From an uncultured Bacilli bacterium (GTDB lineage Bacteria; Bacillota_I; Bacilli_A; RF39; UBA660), in assembly GCA_934098565.1 (NCBI GenBank), contig CAKOON010000005.1, positions 32,066 to 96,065 on the forward strand: a stretch of 64,000 nucleotides of DNA. The letters are read 5' to 3'. Positions within the stretch are counted from its first letter, which is position 1. Each line of letters starts with the position of its first letter. Shown piece after piece: positions 19,968 through 29,921 of the stretch. A program made the position numbers and the translations under genes. Below the pieces are notes generated by a model that saw only the letters and a program-made list of their open reading frames with translations, had not been told where the DNA came from and searched no databases.

Positions 19968-19977
19968 ATTCTTCCTC

Positions 19978-21315
19978 CTATAAAATTTCTTCTGGGATTG
20001 AACTAGTTGTATTCACTTGGCTTATTTGATTTGTATGATTCATGCTACTTAAAGTATTTAAGGCATTACTACCAAGACCAGCAGGTATACCATTAGTAAT
20101 ATTAGTTCCTAAATTTGGCTGTTGTCCTAAAGAGTTAGGATTTTGACTACCTTGGATATTTTGGTTAGTTTGATTAGAACTATTGCCATTAGTAGTCCCC
20201 TCTTCTTCCTTATACTTTTTTAAATCAGCCTCAATATCACCATCATACTCACTATTAGTTCCTAAATGGAAAGTATCTTTATCTAACATAACATTTTGAA
20301 TACCTAAGTAATCTAATAAGTGTTGGGTTGGATTTTTTAAGATATAATGTCCATCTAAAGCTTTTTTATAGATTTCATTAGTTTGAGGTTTATTATTTTC
20401 ATCAACATAGAACTCACAAATTTCAATGATTTCTCTTTGAAAACGATTAAATTTCTTACTAAAATAACCTTTAACATAAATACCAATTTGAACATAACGA
20501 TGAATAGTATTTAAGAACTGTTCGACATCTTGACTGGACTCCATCAAAGAATACATACGTAAGGGAATTGATGAAGCTTTATCGGCATGGATTGTGGAAA
20601 GTATATTATGACCGGAAGAGATAGCATTACGAACAGACATAACGGCCTCCCCAGAACGAACCTCGGATAGTAAAATCCAAATAGGGTTCTGACGCATGCA
20701 GGCTACTAAGACATCAGTGTAACTACAGATATTATTAGTCTTCATGGCCACGATATCACGATGCGGGAAAATGCGGTCCAAATGTAATTCCAAGGTATCT
20801 TCAATGGTAATAATTTTTTCATTCTCTTTAATATTCGATGCTAAGTATTTAAGAAGCTCGGTTTTACCAGAACCAGTCTCTCCAGCAACAATGATGTTAG
20901 CATGTCCAGCAACACATTTCATTAAAAAATCATGCAATGTTTCGGTAATATATTCTTCATTAATTAGTTTTTGTTTATTAAGACGGATTTTAGCGGGAGT
21001 CTTACGGATAAGACAAGCAATTCCGTTCGTAGCAATCGATTCATGGATGAAATTCATACGGAGTTCGGCGGATTCAGCATCTAACAAGGGGTGCGCCATA
21101 TTGAAGGTTTTCCCCATGACATTAGAACACTGAAAGGCTAATTTTTCCATAAAAGTATTATTAATATCGGGACGTTCTACTTGATAAACACCTTTTGATA
21201 GAGTTTTTAACCAAACTTGACCATTATTAGAATAAGAAATATCGGTAATATCATCATCGGCTAAGAATTCGGCCAAGGGACCGAAGTCCATTTGTTCAAA
21301 GATTGCTTCATTCAT
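19978..21315 (-). CDS. CpaF/TadA-type secretion ATPase (T2SS-E/VirB11 superfamily) with an N/Q/S-rich C-terminal tail
   Basis: DITDISYSNNGQVWL, RMNFIHES...LIRK, Walker A GETGSGKTELLKYL, Asp box IITIEDTLEL, Walker B ILLSEVR and His box LSTIHA are present. The last roughly 85 aa are low complexity. Confidence 0.85.
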   Translation of the reverse strand: MNEAIFEQMDFGPLAEFLADDDITDISYSNNGQVWLKTLSKGVYQVERPDINNTFMEKLAFQCSNVMGKTFNMAHPLLDAESAELRMNFIHESIATNGIACLIRKTPAKIRLNKQKLINEEYITETLHDFLMKCVAGHANIIVAGETGSGKTELLKYLASNIKENEKIITIEDTLELHLDRIFPHRDIVAMKTNNICSYTDVLVACMRQNPIWILLSEVRSGEAVMSVRNAISSGHNILSTIHADKASSIPLRMYSLMESSQDVEQFLNTIHRYVQIGIYVKGYFSKKFNRFQREIIEICEFYVDENNKPQTNEIYKKALDGHYILKNPTQHLLDYLGIQNVMLDKDTFHLGTNSEYDGDIEADLKKYKEEEGTTNGNSSNQTNQNIQGSQNPNSLGQQPNLGTNITNGIPAGLGSNALNTLSSMNHTNQISQVNTTSSIPEEIL

Positions 21316-21330
21316 AAATTACCCTTCTTT

Positions 21331-22104
21331 CTAATTAGTTATGGTTTCTGTTTTATTATAAATATAACTTGTTATTTCTTCGGTTGAAACAGTTGTTGAA
21401 CCTTCTTCTTTAGTATAGTTAGAGTTTCTTGGTACGGGAATAATTTCAACATTACTAACGTATTCACTCTTCTTTAAAAGGTCAAATAAGTTATCTTCAA
21501 CTTCGAATAGTAAAGCAGCTGGGGTACCTCCGGATAAAGTATTTTCTAAAAGAGAATTACCACTAGAGTCTTTAATGGCTTTAATCTTAATAGATTTAAC
21601 TAAGATAGCCATCATGACTTTACCGTTATCTTTAGCTTCCATGTAAAGGTCGATATAGTCTCCGGGACGGAAACGATTCGAATAGGTTGATTTATTATTA
21701 ACTTTTAAGGAGTAAACAGTATAACCATCTTGCATATTCATAAAAGCATAATCAGGCATTTCTTCTTCTTTTAAGACGGATTCCGTATAAAATAAACTCT
21801 TCGCAGGAATATCTGTGGAATAACTAGAATAATAGTTAATTAAATCCTTATCAGAAGTTATAATGTTTTTAGCATTTTTAACTAAAGTACGAGGGACTTT
21901 AACGTGACCAATCATATCTTTCGTAATTTGAGTTTTTCTTGGTATTTCTTTTAGAGCATAAGGAATACTTACTAAGTCAATACTTTTATTAACACGGTAG
22001 TTGTAACCGATTACTAATACAAGAACCCCAGCTAAGATACAAAGAATGGTAACGGTATTTTTATTTTGTAAAAATCTTTTAATTGGTGCTAGTGCATTTT
22101 TCAT
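21331..22104 (-). CDS. CpaB/RcpC-like SAF-domain protein, paralog 2
   Basis: It has an N-terminal TM helix and YNYRVN, a SAF-like IPYALKEIPRKTQITKDMIGHVKVP, and a C-terminal RPGDYIDLY...IKIKAIKDSSGN...TPAALLFEV pattern typical of CpaB. Its start shares a TAATG with the upstream stop. Confidence 0.7.
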   Translation of the reverse strand: MKNALAPIKRFLQNKNTVTILCILAGVLVLVIGYNYRVNKSIDLVSIPYALKEIPRKTQITKDMIGHVKVPRTLVKNAKNIITSDKDLINYYSSYSTDIPAKSLFYTESVLKEEEMPDYAFMNMQDGYTVYSLKVNNKSTYSNRFRPGDYIDLYMEAKDNGKVMMAILVKSIKIKAIKDSSGNSLLENTLSGGTPAALLFEVEDNLFDLLKKSEYVSNVEIIPVPRNSNYTKEEGSTTVSTEEITSYIYNKTETITN

Positions 22105-22919
22105 TAGTTATTCGCCTCATTTCCATTAGTATTAGGAGTATTATAATTTTGACTGACACTAATTGATTTCGAAAGAATGAAGTTTTGAATGTATTGGGAA
22201 TCGATAGTGGCATCACGGTCAGTTGTGGAATAACTAGCGTTTCTTGGAATTGGCATAACACTAATACCACCTATATACTCAGTCTTCTTTAAAAGGGTAT
22301 ATAATTCATCAGGAACAGCAAACCACATTTGGGCTGGGGTTCTTTCTTCGGTTGATGATTCAAAGACATCATTACCACTAGAGTCTAGAACGGCTAGAAC
22401 CTTAATTCCTTGAATTAAACGGCCAAAGATGACTTTATTAGTACTAGAAGTAGCTTTAACAAATAAGTCAACATAATTACCTGTATAAATAGAATTTCCA
22501 TAGGTCGAGTTGATATCAACCGCTAAGTTATAAGCAGTATACCCATCAGGAATATTAGAAAATTCATTAGTAGTAGCTTCTTCAAAAGAGACAATATAGT
22601 CTTTATAGAAGAAACTGTTAGCAGGAATAGTTTCCCCGTATTTAACATAGTTACTAGTGATATTCGCACTCGAAGTGATGATACCAAGACTTTTAGCTAT
22701 TCTTTTTGGTAATTCCGTATAGCCAATGGCATCTGCCGTAATTTGACTACGACTAGTTAATTCTTTTTTCGCATAAGGGACTCTAATAGTGGTTACAGCT
22801 TGATTAACACGGTAGTTGTAAATGGCATATAAGCCAATAATACCGATGATAACAATGATTATTGTTAAAGTATTCTTATTCGATAAGACTTTTTTTAGTT
22901 CTTCTTTTATTTTATCCAT
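22104..22919 (-). CDS. CpaB/RcpC-like SAF-domain protein, paralog 1
   Basis: It is collinear with the downstream paralog: NKNTLTIIIVIIGIIGLYAIYNYRVNQ, VPYAKKELTSRSQITADAIGYTELP, GNYVDLF...IKVLAVLDSSGN...TPAQMWFAV. Confidence 0.7.
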   Translation of the reverse strand: MDKIKEELKKVLSNKNTLTIIIVIIGIIGLYAIYNYRVNQAVTTIRVPYAKKELTSRSQITADAIGYTELPKRIAKSLGIITSSANITSNYVKYGETIPANSFFYKDYIVSFEEATTNEFSNIPDGYTAYNLAVDINSTYGNSIYTGNYVDLFVKATSSTNKVIFGRLIQGIKVLAVLDSSGNDVFESSTEERTPAQMWFAVPDELYTLLKKTEYIGGISVMPIPRNASYSTTDRDATIDSQYIQNFILSKSISVSQNYNTPNTNGNEANN

Positions 22920-22935
22920 TTTTATTCTCCCTTAT

Positions 22936-23748
22936 TTAATCTATTTTATTTAGCCAGCCCTTAGAGATAGCGTAACCAATAATGCCACTTGTTGTGTTAG
23001 AAGCGGCCGCACTAGTTTCTCTAGTTGGATCGTTGTTAATAAATTCATTTAGAGAATCACTACCAAAGGAACGGCTAAAGTCTAAAATCATCGCTTTAAT
23101 AAATTCTGACCAGTAAGTACCAACATTATTATCAACTTTACTAGCGTTACCATTTTGGCTAGCCCACTTTCTTAAATTTGGTAAATTAGCACTCAAAATA
23201 CGATTTCTTAAGTCTTGATTTAAACCATCAGTACCAGTTTCTTTTAAGACTTTTTGTAAGGTGATAGCAAGTTCTGGGGTTGGATTATAAGTTAAACATT
23301 TTTGAACACCATCGCCCCCGGTTGTACTCGAAGTAGTTCCTTCAGAACCACCAATTAAAACCATATCAATTTTGTTAACTAAATCAAAACTATTGTTAGT
23401 TGTATTAGCAATATTAACAGAGTTACTAACGCTAGAAATTTTAACACTTACTTTGGGTGGTACTTCGTGAATATCATAAAATGATATATTGTACTCTTTA
23501 GTCATAGTAGCTGATTCGGAGAAACGACGAATGAAGTTTTCAATAAACTTTTCTTTAGAAATCTTTAAATCACCATATAAACGATAATATGAGTAGTCGA
23601 CAGCATCAACCATCGATGCTGATGCTGTTTCCTTTAACTCGTAATAGTCTTGGGTAGTTCCGGTAGTGGTACTACTAATTAGAAGCATTACGCCTATAAC
23701 TAGGATACCTAGCATTACTAACCAGTAGCCCCAGTAAGATTCTTTCAT
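22936..23748 (-). CDS. N-terminally anchored extracytoplasmic protein, unknown family
   Basis: 270 aa. It has a single N-terminal TM helix (WLVMLGILVIGVMLLISS) and no prepilin G/FTLIE or Flp motif. Confidence 0.55.
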   Translation of the reverse strand: MKESYWGYWLVMLGILVIGVMLLISSTTTGTTQDYYELKETASASMVDAVDYSYYRLYGDLKISKEKFIENFIRRFSESATMTKEYNISFYDIHEVPPKVSVKISSVSNSVNIANTTNNSFDLVNKIDMVLIGGSEGTTSSTTGGDGVQKCLTYNPTPELAITLQKVLKETGTDGLNQDLRNRILSANLPNLRKWASQNGNASKVDNNVGTYWSEFIKAMILDFSRSFGSDSLNEFINNDPTRETSAAASNTTSGIIGYAISKGWLNKID

Positions 23749-23765
23749 TTTCTTCTACCTCTTTT

Positions 23766-26700
23766 CTATTTTAAATAACTATCTATCTTACAAGATGAGT
23801 ATTCACTATTTGAAGAAATATCAGCTAGGAATTGTGATTTATATTCACGAGATTCTTTACTTATAGAACTTGCACTATAGTCACCAAATCCTAAATCGAT
23901 TATTTCTTGATTTTTGTTATATGTTTTAATTGCATTCATACAAGCTGAATTCATAGTAATAGAGTATTCTAAGTACTTTTCATCATCAGCATAAATACCA
24001 TCACCAACATCTTCAATTTGTTTAATGATATCACTTAAATTTTGTTTAGAACCATCAGTAGTATTTTCAACGCCAGAAGTTTTACCACTCCAGTTATAGC
24101 CTTTAGATGAATTACCATTAGGGAATAAGTCATAGTTAGATACAGTCTTTGTATAGAATTGTAAAGTACCATTATTACCAATTAAAGCAGAATTATTATT
24201 AGTAGTTATAGTTGTTTGAAGAGCACTATCTTCACCATATAATTTAATACCTTGGCAATGAGTTTTACATACATTGTTATAAGTTTCATTGCTGGCTGGG
24301 ACTTTAGTTGCTTCTACATAGCTACAACAAGTATCACCATCTGCTAATAGTTTATTAATACAAGCATTAGCTTTATTTTCGTATTCTTCATATAACTTGT
24401 CATCTTTATTAGTATGAAGAAATAAATCTAAGTAAGATTTTTCATCATCATTTTGACAATCAGATGATTTTAAGATATCTTCACAACTTGGAATAACAGT
24501 ATCTGGTTCTGCTTTAACTTCGTAGTTACATACATATTGGTTAGCAAGAAGTCCACTAACATAACCATTATTATCAACAATACGTCCTTGGGAATAAGTA
24601 TTATTGTAGTACTGACCTAAGTTATTAATTTCAATTTGATAACTGTATTTACCTGGCATTGTCGATAAAGCAATTGGATATACTAAACCTTCAGCTTTTT
24701 TCTCTGAACCATCAACTGTTACGATGTCAGTATTTTTAATAGCTTCATCACCAGTATCAACTAGGATTGGAGCTTCAGTTGTATCATTAAAGTTATTAGG
24801 ATTTGTTACATAGATACCTTTATTAGAATATGTCCAATATGGTTGACTAGATTTATAATAAATAAATTTTTGGGAACCTTGACCATTAATACTTGAGACA
24901 ACATCGTTTACTTTATTTAAGAAACCAGAAGTAGTTCCGCCGACTTTACCAGTAGCCCAAGTAGCGATATTAGATAGTAAACTTTGTAGGTTGAAACCAG
25001 CAATTGACACACCTGGATTACCATATCTTGAAATAGTAGCAACACGTTTAACATTACGGTATTTAACATTTTGACCATCTTGAACATGGGCAATTAACTT
25101 AGTAACAATTGAAGTCTCTAAACCTTTGAAGTCTCCTCTAGCAATAGATGAAGTAGCATCTTTAAAGACATTAGAAGTTCCTTTGTAACTTAAGTCATAA
25201 GCAATTGAACCTGGTATATAAGTATTAATTGAACCAGAAACATCATCATCTGATGATAAACCGAATAAATTGCATAGCTTTTCATTATTACTACAAATAT
25301 TATTAGTAAATTCTTGAACAGCTGGAATTTCTTGAAGATTACTAAATAGTTGCCCAAGGACTTCTTTGTTATTATTAAAGAACTGAGCTACATCGTTTGA
25401 ATTATTACCACTAAGAAGTGCAGCGGCGATGCTACCAAGCATACCATCAGATGTTACACAGGTTCCATCCATAATGTTATTCCAGTCTTGGATTTTATTA
25501 ATATCAACGTCTTTATAACAGTAATATGTTGAAACATCGGGACTTTCTTCTTTATTAATTGCTTTTAAAGTAATACTATTAGTTGTTTTGTTGTTCTTAT
25601 TAGCAATGAATTCTAATAAGTTATTATTTTTATAGCCGTAAGTGAATGTTATCTCTGGGTCCATTTCATATTCTTTGTCCCAAATTGTACAAGCATTCAT
25701 GTTTGTTGCTTTTTCTAAAAGGTCTGTACGATAATTTTCATATTCGTCTTTATATTTACGCATTTGTTCTCTAATACTTGCTATATAGGCATAGTATGGA
25801 CTAAATGTTCCTCTTAAGTAATAATAACCATCGAAAGCATAATCTAAAACATTAGAGATATCTTTTTCAGTTGAAGATAATATATCTTTGGCATCACCAA
25901 CAGCCTGGAAGATTTCATTTACAGTTGAAAGAATACTTGTGATATTATCTAAATTGCTGCTAAAACTTGAAGAATTAAGTTTTTTAATACTTTTTTTGGT
26001 TGGGTTTTTAAGCGATTCAGTAGCATTTTGGATGGCGTTAAATGTCACTTGAACATTACCAATAGCTTTGGTTGTAGTGTTAGCACTCTTTTTAAATGAC
26101 TCGACACTTTTTCCTAAATTTTTATAATTGAAGTAAATACCAAAATACATGGTTTTCATTATATAACTATCCGGATCCATTATCCAAATTTTAATTTGAT
26201 TTCCAGTGGTCTCCGCATTTACATGTTTAACTGTGTCTTTAACAAATTCTGAGCTTAGCTTAGTTTCATTAGTAGAAGCATCAGCAAATTTAAAGACATC
26301 TGTGTCATAGCTATAAGGTTGAGCTTTTTGGATATTAAAGATTTTTACAGTTGATTGAGTAGCATCATTTACTCTAGTTACGCCTTCTTTTACAGCCGTT
26401 GAAGCTTGAGCATAAATTTGGCAAACGTCAGCACCAAGAACTCGTCCTAAATTACATAAGAAAGTTATAAAAGTTTTTCCAATAGCAGATACTGCGGCCG
26501 AGCCAAGACTTTTTAGGCTTGTTTTAGCTAGATTACCGACTTCCTGCGCTATTGTATCTTTGATACTATCAATAGATTTACCGATTTTATCTTTATATTG
26601 TTCATATGAATCGCCAAATGATGTTTCTGCTGATTGCTTGAAGGCGTTAGTAATTGTATCAGAATTTAAATCACCACTAAGAAATTCTCCAGCAATGTAA

Positions 26701-29700
26701 GTTGCAAAACTTTCCATACTATTAGTAAAATTGCCTTGGATTCTCCAGAATTCTTCACCAGTAGAAACACCAAGAGCTTCACTAATAATTTTATCTCTAA
26801 TTGTTGCTAATGATGATGACAGCTGGGTTTTAAATTTTAACATAATATCGGTAGTATCAATTGGTGAAACATCACTTTGAACACGTTCATCAACTGGCTC
26901 TGTAACTATAGCTTGTCTAAATGAAGAATACTGATTGATATAGTTATTATAAGCGTCTAACATTTTTTGCTTTGTATTAGCAGCTTCACTTAAATATTTA
27001 GTATTATCAATAGAAGTTGTAACACAAGTTCTTTGACCGGCAACACCAACCGTTGCATGATAAACATTATCTAAATTTGTGGAAATATATCGGCCAGCAT
27101 AAGTAACTCCTAGGTTACCTGGCATTTTAAAGGCATAATCTTCTTTACAAACAATTTTACAATAGTCATTAGCAGTTTGAACAGTATATGAATTACCATT
27201 TGGGTCAGTAGCTTCTACCCCATTCTCACCAATTATACATTTCTCCCAGTTAACGGTAAACGAACTAGTAATGGAATCCACTAGACCAGAAACCGAACCT
27301 AAATTAGTCGCATTCATAACTTGATCTTTAATAGAACCTAAGTAATTTAGAACACCGTTTAACCCATCACCGGTTGAAGAAATTACAGTTTGAATGGTAC
27401 TTGAAAATGATAAGATATTAGTCATTATTTGGTCCATACCAGTGGCTTGAGCTAAATAATCAACTAAGTAAGATGAAGCTTTGGCAATATCTTTTAAACT
27501 AGAAGCAGAAGAGGCACTATCAACAGAGTTTTTAAGAGCTTCTAATAAATTTTTGGTATCAGTAGATATCTTAGTATTACTAGCAGCTTCATAAATTTCA
27601 GCCCACTCTTTTTTTACGTTATCATAGCCATTATCCGCAACGTTAACCATTGTTTCTAAGAATAGTTTAGATAAAACTTTGAAGTTATCTTGAGCAGTTC
27701 CATTAAAGTTAACATTGTTAAGGGCTTGACTTAAAAATCTAGCGGTCTGGTTTTGATTATTAGTATATAACGAATCTAAAAATTTCAATTCATTTTTGAT
27801 ATTCTTAGTAATATTTACTTTATCAGCAAAGTTATAAAGTAAAGCACTTGAGTTCTTTAATCCACTTATAGATAAGCCATTTAGGCCAACATCCTTAAGT
27901 AATTGAACCATAGAAGTAGCATTACCAACTAAAGTTCTTAAATCCCCAATACTATTAATACCACTCATAACAGAATTAAATAAAGTTCCAGATTGCGTTC
28001 CTTCAATTAAATAGAAAACCGTTTCTGAATTAGTACAAGGAAGAGCAAAAGTTGCACGACAAGTGTTTTCTTTTTTCTTACCCATATCAATTGGAATTTC
28101 TTCTACTTTTTCAGCAGCCCCATTATTGAATGCTAAGAATTTCTGATAATTTTTAGTACCGACTCCAGTATGAGTTTTAGTTGAAGTTAAAATCAAAATA
28201 TTAGTTATGGACTTTTTAGAAACATAATTAGTAGTAACTCTAAGTTTAATAGAATCACTTTCGCCTAAAGATTGAGAAACATTCTTTTTAGTTACTTTAA
28301 ATTTAGCAACAGTGTAGCCGCTAGAATCTCTAGTCCAGTCGCTTACAGTTGTAATGTCGGAGTCATCAATTGTTATAGTTGTCCCACCATCAGTAACAGC
28401 AGTAATCTTAAAGTTTTCTTTACTAGTTGCTTCCGTTATTAAGCGGTCATCATCACTTTTTAATTTAACGCTAAATGTTACTTCAAAACCGGTATTTGAC
28501 TCAATTGTCTTTGGAGTTTCATACTCTACTTTGAATTCTACTTCGTTCTCCGCTTTAGTAATAGGTTCATTGCCATTAGCAAACGCTGTTACATCATTGT
28601 AAACTTTTTGAAGCATAGAATCGGCTTTAGTAAATTGTTTTTTGTTATAGCCATCGAAAGCTGCTCTTAATTCCGGACAATCGGCATAGTTACATGCTTT
28701 TCTAGGATTAGTAACAGAAATACCACCATTAACAAAGATTAACATTCTAGCAACGTTATTTAAAACGTAATCAGCATAATCTTCAGCTCTAGTACCACTT
28801 GTTCCAGAGGCACTTTTTATTTCATTATAATTTGTTTCATCAGCATACCAGTTAGAATATAAACGGTATAATCCACGCCATAGTTTAGAATCTTCTTTAA
28901 TTATGGTATTTGGCTGGGAAACATATTTAACACCGGTTGATTCTGGTCCAGTAGCACCTGGATCAATACAGAAAGCTGTAATTGGCGTTGTTTTATCTTG
29001 GCCATCGCAAGTATAATATGTTTTGTAAACGTTATAATAGTTATGGGCTCCTACTGGTGATTTGAATAAAGAATCATTTTTATAACTTCTTTCATCTCTG
29101 ACTATAAATTGAGTGCAAGCATTTTTACCATAAGAACTACTGCTATTAGCTTGACTAATAACTTCACCAGTTTCAGTATCTACAGTGGTTGCAGGTAAAG
29201 GTTCATTTAACTTTTCACAAGCATTTCTAGTAGTTGCTGATTTAGAAGTATCAGTTTGACGATACTTACTAGATTCAGCAGCTTCACTAGCTTTCATCCA
29301 CTTATAAGTAGTAACATTATTTATTTTTACTTGATAACAACTTTCAATATCATTATTGCTGCTACTTTGATCATTATTGCTTGAGCAAAAACTGCTTTCT
29401 ACAGTTTGATTACGGCCACAGCTGCCAGTAGCAGTTTTATAATTTCCGGAAGGAAGTTTGCAACAAACATTTTTATTAGAATCACCATTATCGCTTAATT
29501 TTACTGTTATATAAATCAATGCCGTATCAACTTTATTATTATAACTGTATTTAACTTGAGCAGAAATGCTATCTAACTTATTAGGCATTTTCTTAAGTTG
29601 GTCAGCAGTAACTTTAACTCTCAAAGTTATATCTGAAACATTCAAACCAGAGCCACTATTTTCGTAGCTAGTTTTATATGTTGCAATTTTATTTTCATCA

Positions 29701-29921
29701 TACGTAATTGTAATATTAGATTCAAGAGTTATGGCATTCTTATTAACGCCAAGGTCTTTGGCAATTAAATTTTTAATACCAATTCCTTGATTAATATACC
29801 CATCATTTTGAACATAAAGAGTTTGGCCAAGGGTTTTAGCCTCTGGGCTTAACATTTTAAAGTTAAAAGCAAAAATGCTTAATAATAAAATTAATATTAC
29901 TTTTTTAATACTACTTTTCAT
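23766..29921 (-). CDS. Giant secreted protein (2051 aa), Cys-paired, with a long helical centre; unknown family
   Basis: It has the signal peptide MKSSIKKVILILLLSIFAFNF. I counted about 34 Cys, mostly in close pairs, plus a long central S/N/L-rich helical-looking region. There is no LPXTG and no C-terminal TM helix. Its start overlaps the upstream stop (TAATG). Confidence 0.8.
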   Translation of the reverse strand: MKSSIKKVILILLLSIFAFNFKMLSPEAKTLGQTLYVQNDGYINQGIGIKNLIAKDLGVNKNAITLESNITITYDENKIATYKTSYENSGSGLNVSDITLRVKVTADQLKKMPNKLDSISAQVKYSYNNKVDTALIYITVKLSDNGDSNKNVCCKLPSGNYKTATGSCGRNQTVESSFCSSNNDQSSSNNDIESCYQVKINNVTTYKWMKASEAAESSKYRQTDTSKSATTRNACEKLNEPLPATTVDTETGEVISQANSSSSYGKNACTQFIVRDERSYKNDSLFKSPVGAHNYYNVYKTYYTCDGQDKTTPITAFCIDPGATGPESTGVKYVSQPNTIIKEDSKLWRGLYRLYSNWYADETNYNEIKSASGTSGTRAEDYADYVLNNVARMLIFVNGGISVTNPRKACNYADCPELRAAFDGYNKKQFTKADSMLQKVYNDVTAFANGNEPITKAENEVEFKVEYETPKTIESNTGFEVTFSVKLKSDDDRLITEATSKENFKITAVTDGGTTITIDDSDITTVSDWTRDSSGYTVAKFKVTKKNVSQSLGESDSIKLRVTTNYVSKKSITNILILTSTKTHTGVGTKNYQKFLAFNNGAAEKVEEIPIDMGKKKENTCRATFALPCTNSETVFYLIEGTQSGTLFNSVMSGINSIGDLRTLVGNATSMVQLLKDVGLNGLSISGLKNSSALLYNFADKVNITKNIKNELKFLDSLYTNNQNQTARFLSQALNNVNFNGTAQDNFKVLSKLFLETMVNVADNGYDNVKKEWAEIYEAASNTKISTDTKNLLEALKNSVDSASSASSLKDIAKASSYLVDYLAQATGMDQIMTNILSFSSTIQTVISSTGDGLNGVLNYLGSIKDQVMNATNLGSVSGLVDSITSSFTVNWEKCIIGENGVEATDPNGNSYTVQTANDYCKIVCKEDYAFKMPGNLGVTYAGRYISTNLDNVYHATVGVAGQRTCVTTSIDNTKYLSEAANTKQKMLDAYNNYINQYSSFRQAIVTEPVDERVQSDVSPIDTTDIMLKFKTQLSSSLATIRDKIISEALGVSTGEEFWRIQGNFTNSMESFATYIAGEFLSGDLNSDTITNAFKQSAETSFGDSYEQYKDKIGKSIDSIKDTIAQEVGNLAKTSLKSLGSAAVSAIGKTFITFLCNLGRVLGADVCQIYAQASTAVKEGVTRVNDATQSTVKIFNIQKAQPYSYDTDVFKFADASTNETKLSSEFVKDTVKHVNAETTGNQIKIWIMDPDSYIMKTMYFGIYFNYKNLGKSVESFKKSANTTTKAIGNVQVTFNAIQNATESLKNPTKKSIKKLNSSSFSSNLDNITSILSTVNEIFQAVGDAKDILSSTEKDISNVLDYAFDGYYYLRGTFSPYYAYIASIREQMRKYKDEYENYRTDLLEKATNMNACTIWDKEYEMDPEITFTYGYKNNNLLEFIANKNNKTTNSITLKAINKEESPDVSTYYCYKDVDINKIQDWNNIMDGTCVTSDGMLGSIAAALLSGNNSNDVAQFFNNNKEVLGQLFSNLQEIPAVQEFTNNICSNNEKLCNLFGLSSDDDVSGSINTYIPGSIAYDLSYKGTSNVFKDATSSIARGDFKGLETSIVTKLIAHVQDGQNVKYRNVKRVATISRYGNPGVSIAGFNLQSLLSNIATWATGKVGGTTSGFLNKVNDVVSSINGQGSQKFIYYKSSQPYWTYSNKGIYVTNPNNFNDTTEAPILVDTGDEAIKNTDIVTVDGSEKKAEGLVYPIALSTMPGKYSYQIEINNLGQYYNNTYSQGRIVDNNGYVSGLLANQYVCNYEVKAEPDTVIPSCEDILKSSDCQNDDEKSYLDLFLHTNKDDKLYEEYENKANACINKLLADGDTCCSYVEATKVPASNETYNNVCKTHCQGIKLYGEDSALQTTITTNNNSALIGNNGTLQFYTKTVSNYDLFPNGNSSKGYNWSGKTSGVENTTDGSKQNLSDIIKQIEDVGDGIYADDEKYLEYSITMNSACMNAIKTYNKNQEIIDLGFGDYSASSISKESREYKSQFLADISSNSEYSSCKIDSYLK

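Noticed and set aside
20744-21133. A 129-aa plus-strand ORF. The same judgement applies to the many 60-85-aa track ORFs that overlap larger genes. Those ORFs begin at: 2999, 3059, 5001, 5093, 7806, 7945, 9895, 10969, 12708, 13113, 15079, 15705, 28354, 30840, 38146, 51978, 55507, 55532, 61467, 61870.
   Set aside because: All are embedded antisense or out of frame in well-supported genes that carry clear family motifs. I treat them as chance ORFs.
22079-22270. A 63-aa minus-strand ORF spanning the junction of the two CpaB-like genes.
   Set aside because: It is out of frame within the end of the first cpaB-like gene. The TAATG coupling between the two real genes explains the region.
28900-29010. 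An AFCIDPG motif in the giant protein that resembles the Cys of thioester (TQxA) adhesin domains.
   Set aside because: I could not find the partner TQxA(I/V)W-type Gln motif anywhere downstream. A single short motif is insufficient.
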